In this document: positions 25,679 through 31,890 of the stretch, piece by piece
How the letters are laid out: each line of letters starts with the position of its first letter
Position numbering within the stretch: the first letter of the stretch is position 1
IMG/VR virus record: IMGVR_UViG_3300044740_000039
Coordinates: 1-31,890 of that record
Strand: one strand, 5' to 3'
Source: a virus
Lineage: Duplodnaviria > Caudoviricetes
Length of the DNA stretch: 31,890 nt
Position numbers and translations under genes: made by a program
Notes under the pieces: model-generated
Told to the model about the DNA's origin: nothing
Databases searched by the model: none
What the model saw: only the letters and a program-made list of their open reading frames with translations

Positions 25679-26056
25679 ATGGACGACGGCTTCGACCTCG
25701 ACGCGGCGCTCGCACGACTCCCGCAGCCCTCGCTTGCCGAGATGCTGCGAGCCCAGCGTGAAGCCGAACTGACACCACCCCCGGCGACGACGATCCCGCA
25801 GCCCGAGTTCCCGCACCCTCTCCGGAGCATCCTCGGCGGCACCGTCCGCTACCACTGCCCGCTCGACTGCGGCTGGTACCACGACGCACGCCCGGACGAT
25901 GAACCGATGGGGCCGCTCCTGCTGCCCGCTGGCTTCACGACCGAGGACCTGTCGGAGGCCGTCTCCTCGCAGGCCGCGGTACGCGTCAACAACCACCGGC
26001 TCCACGTCGAGCAGGCGATCCAGGAGCACTTCGATGCATCCCATCCCGGCCGCTGA
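25679..26056 (+). CDS. Hypothetical protein (CPLDCGW..H..H)
   Basis: CATCCT-N6-ATG leaderless start; GC3-rich. Confidence 0.7.
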   Translation: MDDGFDLDAALARLPQPSLAEMLRAQREAELTPPPATTIPQPEFPHPLRSILGGTVRYHCPLDCGWYHDARPDDEPMGPLLLPAGFTTEDLSEAVSSQAAVRVNNHRLHVEQAIQEHFDASHPGR

Positions 26057-26264
26057 CCCCGAGCGCTACAGGCTGACCCTGTACCTGGACGGCCGTCCCG
26101 CGTTCGACGGCTGGTGGGCCCGTGAGGAGACGGCGCGCGACAAGTTCACGGAGACCGTCGGCCAGTACGGTGTCGACGGGGCGCGCATCGTCCTCGTCGA
26201 CCGGGAGGACGGCGGCCGGGTCGTGGCGAGCTGGCCCGAGCCCGTTGTCAGCGACGCGCCGTAG
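26034..26264 (+). CDS. Small hypothetical protein (RYRLTL..GWW..SWP)
   Basis: AGGAG RBS then ATG 26034; overlaps the upstream gene. Confidence 0.65.
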   Translation: MHPIPAADPERYRLTLYLDGRPAFDGWWAREETARDKFTETVGQYGVDGARIVLVDREDGGRVVASWPEPVVSDAP

Positions 26265-26267
26265 CAT
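26245..26267 (+). promoter_or_regulatory. RecA-NDp-like promoter TTGTCAG-N10-TAGCAT
   Basis: Exact match to TGTCRG-N10-TANNNT upstream of the 26354 gene. Confidence 0.65.
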
Positions 26268-26353
26268 GTGGTCATCTATCCGCGCTGCATGGCTGCACGC
26301 GCCCGCCCCGCTGATGGTCACGCATCGGCGGGGCGCAGAACGTTGGAGGGGCC

Positions 26354-26743
26354 GTGAACTGGCGAACGCAACAGGCGCAAGCCCAGACCAAGCACGCGGA
26401 ATACCTCGCCAAGGCTCGCCACCTCGGATTCTCCGAGGATGTCGCCACTGCTGAACTACAGGCCGTCCAGCAGGAGGCCCGGGCGGTCGGTGCTGCTGTC
26501 GACGTGTACAAGACGGCGTGGAGCCGCCTCATCGCAGGCCCCGCCAGCCGTCCCACCGAACAGCTGCGCGCCGTCGCTCGAGAGATGCAGGCGTCCTGTG
26601 GCTGGAGCGTCCACCCCGTAGCCGTCGACCAGTTGGCGCAGCGGGTGGGAAGCCTGCTCGCCGACGGGGCGCCGCGCACGCTTGCCGATCAGATGGCCAC
26701 CGTAACCGCCTCGGACGACTGGCGTCCTGAGGAAGCGCTGTGA
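26354..26743 (+). CDS. Hypothetical helical protein
   Basis: GGAGGGG RBS then GTG. Confidence 0.6.
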   Translation: MNWRTQQAQAQTKHAEYLAKARHLGFSEDVATAELQAVQQEARAVGAAVDVYKTAWSRLIAGPASRPTEQLRAVAREMQASCGWSVHPVAVDQLAQRVGSLLADGAPRTLADQMATVTASDDWRPEEAL

Positions 26744-26832
26744 GCGACCGCATCTACCGCCTGCTGCGTGACGTCGCCGACGGTTTCTGGAACGCCGTCG
26801 ACTACCTGTGGTTCTGCAGGTGGATGCCGTAG
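26740..26832 (+). CDS. Possible 30-aa amphipathic peptide MSDRIYRLLRDVADGFWNAVDYLWFCRWMP
   Basis: GTGA overlap with the upstream stop, GAGGA upstream, GC3-rich codons; below the ORF-track cutoff. Confidence 0.4.
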   Translation: MSDRIYRLLRDVADGFWNAVDYLWFCRWMP

Positions 26833-26835
26833 CCG

Positions 26836-27036
26836 CTACGCCTCCGCCGCCGCGTGCCTGACGGCCCGCTTCAGCCCCATCTCGACCTCTAGCCGCGACA
26901 ACCCGGCCTGCTCGGCGAACTTCCCCACGGCCGTGTGCACGGCGAGCGCCTGGTCGGTGATGAGGGTCCCGTCCTGCTGCGCCTGCCAGGCCTGCTCTTC
27001 GAGCGCGAGAAGGTCTTTGGGGAAGTCGATGGTCAC
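26836..27036 (-). CDS. Small hypothetical protein (SRLEVEMGLKRAVRH)
   Basis: TAGGAT-N6-GTG leaderless start; GC3-rich. Confidence 0.7.
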   Translation of the reverse strand: MTIDFPKDLLALEEQAWQAQQDGTLITDQALAVHTAVGKFAEQAGLSRLEVEMGLKRAVRHAAAEA

Positions 27037-27045
27037 GACGGGATC

Positions 27046-27225
27046 CTAAGCCGCGGTGGTGACCTTGGCGCGCACCGCCGCCGCGTACTCCCGCAGCAGC
27101 TCCTCGTACTCGCCGCGCTCCACATCCGACAGGCGCCGCCTGGTCCTCTCCAAGAGCGCGCGGATGTCCTCGTTCACCGCGTCAGCAGACCGCGCGGCGC
27201 CCGAAGGCGGGGGAGTAGAGGACAT
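27046..27225 (-). CDS. Small hypothetical protein (RSADAVNEDIRALL..EYEELLREY)
   Basis: TACGCT-N7-ATG leaderless start. Confidence 0.7.
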   Translation of the reverse strand: MSSTPPPSGAARSADAVNEDIRALLERTRRRLSDVERGEYEELLREYAAAVRAKVTTAA

Positions 27226-27232
27226 GACGATC

Positions 27233-27302
27233 AGCGTAGTGGCGGGCACTGTCAGCGGGCTACGAGGATGCGCCCCGCCTTGTCGGCACCACCCGATACA
27301 CT
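27233..27302. promoter_or_regulatory. Back-to-back RecA-NDp-like promoters: TGACAG-N10-TACGCT (-, 27254-27233) and TTGTCGG-N10-TACACT (+, 27280-27302)
   Basis: Direct sequence matches with exact 10-nt spacers. Confidence 0.65.
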
Positions 27303-27308
27303 CCCGGT

Positions 27309-27475
27309 AGGCGTTGATCGCCGCAGGACTCCCACCACACACAACAGGGGCGTCCAGGGATGGGAGCCGGTCCGGCCCTACGGGGCCCGCATCCGGCGAG
27401 GCTGCCGCACTGCGGCCTGAACGCGGACCCTGCCGCCCCACGCCGAAGCCCCGCCACCGTGCGGGGCTTCGGCGT
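27309..27475 (+). ncRNA. Candidate structured small RNA (~165 nt)
   Basis: Own promoter; closing stem GCGTT..GCCGCAG/CTGCGGC..AACGC; internal stems CTCCCA/TGGGAG and GGCCC-TACG-GGGCC; 15-bp terminator; no credible ORF. Confidence 0.5.
27440..27475. terminator. 15-bp perfect hairpin terminator
   Basis: ACGCCGAAGCCCCGC-caccgt-GCGGGGCTTCGGCGT. Confidence 0.8.
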
Positions 27476-27569
27476 AAGCTTCGCGGGGTGACGTGACCTG
27501 GCTCGTGCGGGAAAGGCCAGTGGAGAGACGCCCCCTCGCGATGGGCAGAGACTCACAGCGTCGCCCTAC

Positions 27570-27597
27570 GCCCGCCTCTTCCCGCACCGAGGCGGGC
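27570..27597 (-). terminator. Hairpin just after the GntR wHTH stop codon
   Basis: GCCCGCCTC..GAGGCGGGC 9-bp stem. Confidence 0.6.
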
Positions 27598-27598
27598 A

Positions 27599-27859
27599 TC
27601 ACTCCTCCGGCGGCTGCCCCACGTAGGTGCCGCGCCCCTGCACCGTCCACACCGCGCCCTCCTCCGCGAGCACCGCAATCGCGCGCCGCACCGTCGACCG
27701 GGCGAGCCCGTACTCCTGCACCAGCCTGGTCTCCGACGCTATCGGCCGCCCAGGCTGCCAGTCCCCGCGGGCGATGCGCGCGCGCAGGATGGCGGCGAGC
27801 TGCCGGTACGGGGTCACCGGGCCCTCGTGGTCAATCTCAGCGTCAGGATCAACGGCCAT
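27599..27859 (-). CDS. Stand-alone GntR-family winged-helix regulator
   Basis: PYRQLAAILRARI..PIASETRLVQEYGLARSTVRRAIAVL..QGRGTYV; TAGCGT-N7-ATG leaderless start. Confidence 0.9.
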   Translation of the reverse strand: MAVDPDAEIDHEGPVTPYRQLAAILRARIARGDWQPGRPIASETRLVQEYGLARSTVRRAIAVLAEEGAVWTVQGRGTYVGQPPEE

Positions 27860-27900
27860 GATCTCGACGCTAGGCAGGCCACCACAGACCGGCATCTCGG

Positions 27901-27998
27901 GCTACAGATCGATACGTAGCGAGACGGAGCGATACAAGTCGCGCTAGCCTGCAATTTCACGAAGGACCCCCGCAGTCGAGGGCACGACTACGGGGGCG
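27901..27998 (+). promoter_or_regulatory. 10-bp-phased G(A/C)(T/G)AC array, -10 TAGCCT and leader hairpin of the divergent gene
   Basis: GCTAC/GATAC/GAGAC/GATAC at 27901, 27911, 27921, 27931; TAGCCT 27945-27950; CCCCCG-C-AGTCG..CGACT-A-CGGGGG. Confidence 0.5.
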
Positions 27999-28026
27999 TG
28001 GCCGACAGCTGTAGGGAGCCGTCAGC

Positions 28027-28263
28027 GTGGACGAGCCTAGAGACCCAGAACCAGGCGACGGAAGCGGCACGCGCCGCCTCATGGCCGCCGCCGTCCAGTT
28101 GAGCCCCGCACAGGAAGCCTGGGGCGCATACGCCCGCCACACCCTTACCTGTGCCGCCTGCCGGGATGTCGAGCAGAGCTGCCGCGAGTCGGGTCGGCTG
28201 TACAAGGAGTGGCAGACGCAGACGGACTCCGCCTTCCGCCGGCTGGATGGCGAGTCGGCGTGA
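28027..28263 (+). CDS. Small H..CxxC..C Zn-binding-like protein divergent from the GntR gene
   Basis: AGGGAG RBS then GTG; AWGAYARHTLTCAACR..C..G.RL..W. Confidence 0.7.
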   Translation: MDEPRDPEPGDGSGTRRLMAAAVQLSPAQEAWGAYARHTLTCAACRDVEQSCRESGRLYKEWQTQTDSAFRRLDGESA

Positions 28264-28475
28264 GTTTTGGCCAGAGACCGAGCACAGGCGTTCCGCTTCT
28301 TGTTCGAATGCGGTTGCTCAACCGGTTACCGGATGGAACGTTTGGCCAGCGCCTGACCTGCGGTTACAGAAACGTGCGGACTGCACACAGAAAGTCGAAC
28401 GGATCTGCCGCAAGCGCTTCCGTCACGACCGAAACTGGGCTTTACTCGTGCCACCCGGCGGCCCTTGGGGAGGGG

Positions 28476-29090
28476 TCACGGGGCGAGACGAATCAACCAA
28501 CGATCCATCGGCAAGATGAGATCGGCAGTTTCCAGGGGGCGGCCTTCGTGGGTGAACCGAGTGCGGATCACACGGAACGCGATCGTGTCCACCAACAGGC
28601 CCAGCGCATGCGCCTGATCCTCAGTCAACTCCACCACCCCCACCTCGGCGCTGTACGAAACGTGCGGGCGACGCTGCCCGCGCCACCACGACGACACCAG
28701 CATCGCCGACCTGCCCCCGGGATCCAGGCACTCCACCGTCTCGTGCTGCAGGATCACACCCACCTGGACGCCAAGCCGCTCCGCAAGCTCCACCGTGGCG
28801 GGACGCGGGCGGGTGTCGGTGGTCTCGCTGGAGAAGGGCCACTCCGCGTCAGCATCCGTGAGAGTGCGCATAGCAGGAGGATGCGCCACAAAGACGGCCT
28901 TGCGCTCCTCGCCCTCAAGAACGCCGGTTCGACGCAGTAGGACGTAGGCGAGGCGCATGGTCTGCGGATGGACGCGGTACTCGGCCGCCATGAGCGCCCG
29001 GGACGGCAGGGCTTCGCCGGCCGCCCATTCGCCGGCGGCGATGCGGCGGCGGATGTCGGCGGCGATGCGGCGATACCGCGCTTCTGGCAA
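28476..29090 (-). CDS. GntR-family regulator with a UTRA-like C-terminal domain
   Basis: YRRIAADIRRRIAAGEW..LPS..L..G; RPAT.E.AERLG..RVIRTRF..GRPLE; GAGGGG RBS then TTG. Confidence 0.85.
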   Translation of the reverse strand: MPEARYRRIAADIRRRIAAGEWAAGEALPSRALMAAEYRVHPQTMRLAYVLLRRTGVLEGEERKAVFVAHPPAMRTLTDADAEWPFSSETTDTRPRPATVELAERLGVQVGVILQHETVECLDPGGRSAMLVSSWWRGQRRPHVSYSAEVGVVELTEDQAHALGLLVDTIAFRVIRTRFTHEGRPLETADLILPMDRWLIRLAP

Positions 29091-29147
29091 CCCGACCCCT
29101 CGCGTCGATCATGACGTGAGGGCAGACGGTACGAAGCGGAACCGGAG

Positions 29148-29161
29148 CTGGATATATCCAG
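29148..29161. promoter_or_regulatory. Perfect 14-bp palindrome CTGGATATATCCAG, likely GntR operator
   Basis: Perfect inverted repeat ~60 nt upstream of the GntR/UTRA gene; resembles HutC-subfamily operators. Confidence 0.6.
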
Positions 29162-29365
29162 GGCCCCGGGTTGGCAACTGAAGAGAGTTTCGGCGCTGCG
29201 GGGTTCAGGTCTCCGAGGCGCCGATGGGCCCACCGTCCGGCTGCATACCCCTCGGCCCGGGTTCGGTGGACCACTACGGGTGTCCGGCAACGACTGCTCG
29301 GTACTCACCCGAACGAGTGAACCCTCAGCCGTAATCGGTGCAGGGGGCACTCGTTGAAGATAGAA

Positions 29366-29430
29366 GCCGGGCCCGGCTCCCAACATCGCCTCGAAGGGCG
29401 TTCCCAGGGGAGCCGGGCCCGGCGCTTTAT
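29366..29430. terminator. 16-bp inverted repeat hairpin beside attP
   Basis: GCCGGGCCCGGCTCCC (29366-29381) / GGGAGCCGGGCCCGGC (29408-29423) followed by GCTTTAT. Confidence 0.7.
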
Positions 29431-29458
29431 GTGCGTCACCTTGAGGGACAGTCTGCCA

Positions 29459-29696
29459 CTGGGAAACAAGTGGGAAACGATCATGCGTATCGATGCGCAC
29501 ACATGCTCACAGATGCATGCACGGCGGAGATGAACACGCAGGTCACGGCATGTGCGGATACCGTAACCCCAGGCAGACGGACCCGGGAGACGAGACCTCA
29601 GTTGTTCGCTATGAACACGAGAGCACGAGGGACTGGAGGGGACTGACCAGGGGATTCCTAGATCAAACAACGGCCGGTGGGAAACGACTGGGAAAC
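29459..29696. other. Putative attP: two pairs of (C/G)TGGGAAAC arm-type sites flanking a core TGTTC-gctat-GAACA
   Basis: Arm repeats at 29459, 29470, 29677, 29688 (11-bp period); inverted core at 29603-29617; just downstream of the integrase stop. Confidence 0.75.
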
Positions 29697-29707
29697 CGGC
29701 CCCAGCG

Positions 29708-30991
29708 TCAGGAACCTTCGCAACGCTCCTGGTACCTCTCCCACCGCTCCTGCAGCGCCTTCATGATGGCACGCTCCATCGGCACCGTCACGCTGCTGTA
29801 CGTGCCCTCAACGCCCGGCACCTCATGGCCCATCCGGGACTCCACCGCAAACCGGTTATGCCCGTCCTCATCCAGCCAGGCCTTGTGTCCGTGGCGGATC
29901 AGGTAGATGCGCTTTCCCGCGAAGTCCGGCACGGCGGGGATGGCCGGCCGCGGGTTCCTGCTGCCGGGGGCCTTCTTCCGCTCCTCAGCACCCTTGGAGA
30001 TGTGAGGCCAGTAGTCCACCGAGAACCGCGCCGAGCCGAGGCAGCCGCCCGCGATCGCCGGGAACACCCACTTCTTGTCGTGGGAGGCCAGCAGCTTCTC
30101 CAGCATGTCCGCGAGGAACTGAGGGATCACCAGCGTCCGGTACGAGAAGTACTTCGGCGGCACCTCGGCAAGCGTCCCCTTCTCCTGCTGCACCTGCTGC
30201 TGCACGCGGATCGCGGGCATGAGGCCCTCGCCCTTGCCGTAGCGGAGCATGTCTTCCTTGTACCGCTCTTCCTCGTCCGGGTCCGGGCGCGGGTCGCTGG
30301 CCGGCCAGTTGGGGTAGCAGTATTCACGGCGCAGGCCGAAGAGCTCGCCGGGCCGCATCCCGGTCATGGCCATGGTCCAGATCATCACGTAGCCGGGATA
30401 GCCGAAGACGACCTCGGCGTTGCGCGCGAGCTGGTCGACGGCCGCGATGTCCATGTCCCGCTTGCGTTCCCGCTGCGTCTTCTTGACGTACCGGCCGCGC
30501 TGCCGCTTCCGCTCAACTGGAGAGACCTTGATGAGGCGCGGCACCGCGTCGTCGAGGATCATGCCAAGCACCGTCATGACGTTGCGTGCGCTACCCGGCG
30601 CCGGCAGCTTGTTGTAGATGTGCTTCCGGAACGCCCGGTACGCGATGACGTCGACGTCTGCGACCGTCTTCCCCTTGAAGTACGGGCGGATGTGCTGGTT
30701 GATGATCGCCTTGTAGCTCTTGTACGTCGTGTAGGCATGGTCCGTGGCGGCAAACCAGTCGTCGATCCAGTCCGACATGAGCGTGGCGCCGTCACGGTTG
30801 GAGATACCCGTGCCGTGCCGGATCTCGTACAGCTGGTCCTGGCCGAACTCGAACGCTTCGTCCTCGTCGGTGAAACCGCCCCTGGACTCGAAGCGTTTGC
30901 GGCCGTCGTCGCGGTACTCGCCGCTCCACCACTTCACGCGGCACGTTCCGCCGCGCCATTCCGTGTAGACGTCCTGGGCACGTCTGGCCAT
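29708..30991 (-). CDS. int: Tyrosine integrase
   Basis: N-terminal arm-binding region, core-binding domain, TGMRPGELFGL, PKY, YLIRHGH, RMGH, GTYS. Confidence 0.95.
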   Translation of the reverse strand: MARRAQDVYTEWRGGTCRVKWWSGEYRDDGRKRFESRGGFTDEDEAFEFGQDQLYEIRHGTGISNRDGATLMSDWIDDWFAATDHAYTTYKSYKAIINQHIRPYFKGKTVADVDVIAYRAFRKHIYNKLPAPGSARNVMTVLGMILDDAVPRLIKVSPVERKRQRGRYVKKTQRERKRDMDIAAVDQLARNAEVVFGYPGYVMIWTMAMTGMRPGELFGLRREYCYPNWPASDPRPDPDEEERYKEDMLRYGKGEGLMPAIRVQQQVQQEKGTLAEVPPKYFSYRTLVIPQFLADMLEKLLASHDKKWVFPAIAGGCLGSARFSVDYWPHISKGAEERKKAPGSRNPRPAIPAVPDFAGKRIYLIRHGHKAWLDEDGHNRFAVESRMGHEVPGVEGTYSSVTVPMERAIMKALQERWERYQERCEGS

Positions 30992-31065
30992 GTTGCCCCC
31001 TTGCTGCTGGTGGCGCGGCGGCTCGGCAGGTACCCCTCCTGCCTCGCCTCCGCGTCATCATGATC

Positions 31066-31269
31066 TCAGTCCGCCCGCCCCAAGGGGCAGTGCGGGCAGT
31101 GACCACATTCACCACCAAGGTCCCTCACCATCTCCCGCATCGAGGCCTGGACGTCAGGTCTGTCACGGATCTGGCTCGGAACCACGCAGACGATCCCGTC
31201 GCCGGTGCGGACCGCTGTTCCGAAGAACTTTGGCCCGTAGTCGACTATGAGCGCGTCTCTTTGCAGCAT
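31066..31269 (-). CDS. Small protein with a C-terminal CGHCPHC motif, between repressor and integrase
   Basis: AGGGGGAG RBS then ATG; 67 aa; same orientation as repressor and int. Confidence 0.65.
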   Translation of the reverse strand: MLQRDALIVDYGPKFFGTAVRTGDGIVCVVPSQIRDRPDVQASMREMVRDLGGECGHCPHCPLGRAD

Positions 31270-31429
31270 GGCTCCCCCTTATGTCGCCCGGAAGGGAGCC
31301 TCGAAGGGCGTGCCATGACTGTGCCACGTTTTGCGCCTGTTGGGACCGAGTGGGACCGAAGTGATGTGCGAAAGCTGTGTAATAAAACCGTAAAAGCGAA
31401 AGGTTGTACGCCGAACGGCTGAACTTCAG

Positions 31430-31861
31430 CTAGATCAGCCCCTGTTCCCGCAGGTCGCGCACTACCCGCTCGCTTATCTCCCGGATCTCCTCCGCGGGCG
31501 TCCCCTTCGCCATGGCGACCAGTGCAAGCTGCACCGTGTTCAGCGCCTTCTTGTCGATGACCTCTCGAGAGAGCGGCGACTTCTGGACACTGGCGGCGTC
31601 GGCGTCCGCCATGTCCGCGACCGGCACCGGCTCGCCGCCCTCAAGGATGGCGATACAGCTGCCGGGCGCCCAGTGAAGCAGTCTGTCGATCTTCACGTAG
31701 TTGGTTTCACGGATCTCGAGGCCCTTCTCGACGCGCTGCCAGGTCCGGTTGGAGAGTCCGCCAGCTTTGGCGTTGGCGTCGTTCAGGGCAAGGCCGAGCT
31801 CGGCTCGGCGGCGCCTGGCGGCTTGTGCGAGCCGCTCGTAGTCGCGATCTGTGGAGGGCAT
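31430..31861 (-). CDS. Immunity repressor (XRE-like HTH)
   Basis: RLAQAARRRRAELGL..GGLSNRTWQRVEKG..KIDRLLHWAPGS; CAAGAT-N6-ATG leaderless start; upstream of int. Confidence 0.8.
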   Translation of the reverse strand: MPSTDRDYERLAQAARRRRAELGLALNDANAKAGGLSNRTWQRVEKGLEIRETNYVKIDRLLHWAPGSCIAILEGGEPVPVADMADADAASVQKSPLSREVIDKKALNTVQLALVAMAKGTPAEEIREISERVVRDLREQGLI

Positions 31862-31890
31862 GCGCTCATCTTGGCAGGACTGGCGGGGAC

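Larger units (their letters stand above)
1..31890. mobile_element. Temperate siphophage / prophage-derived genome segment (actinobacterial, Streptomyces-like)
   Basis: Colinear head, neck, tail, tape measure, lysis, accessory, attP, integrase and repressor modules; high GC with strong GC3 bias; GGAGG RBSs and ATGA/GTGA gene overlaps. Confidence 0.97.

Noticed and set aside
29160-29700. tRNA or tmRNA fragment at the attachment site
   Set aside because: No convincing T-arm (GTTCGA/GTTCAA) with acceptor stem and CCA near the core; GGGTTCGG at ~29259 does not fold as a cloverleaf by eye

Overview
The window is a continuous ~32 kb stretch of a high-GC temperate siphophage of Actinobacteria, most likely Streptomyces-type. 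On the + strand it runs: prohead protease/scaffold, major capsid, HNH endonuclease, head-tail genes, major tail, tail assembly chaperone with a -1 frameshift, tape measure, tail-tip genes, then the lysis cassette (GH25+CHAP endolysin, holin, collagen-like protein). A ~6.5 kb accessory island follows, with a serine resolvase, a mini tyrosine recombinase, many small mostly leaderless genes and two GntR regulators. The window ends with an apparently intact attP, the tyrosine integrase and the repressor. The most unusual items are: (1) a 215-aa protein in the neck module that is ~60% His/Arg/Lys with no acidic residue, built of a NUMOD3-like helix plus RRHYHLKHKRHL repeats; (2) four promoters in the accessory island matching the LexA-independent DNA-damage motif TGTCRG-N10-TANNNT (RecA-NDp/PafBC type), one of which drives a candidate structured ncRNA at ~27309-27475; (3) a synonymously recoded 3' end of the capsid gene next to an HNH homing endonuclease; (4) an antisense tandem pair of EndoVII-type nucleases inside the tail operon; (5) an antisense DUF2079/GT-C-like membrane moron. 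All family assignments are by eye from motifs and synteny; no searches or folding programs were run.
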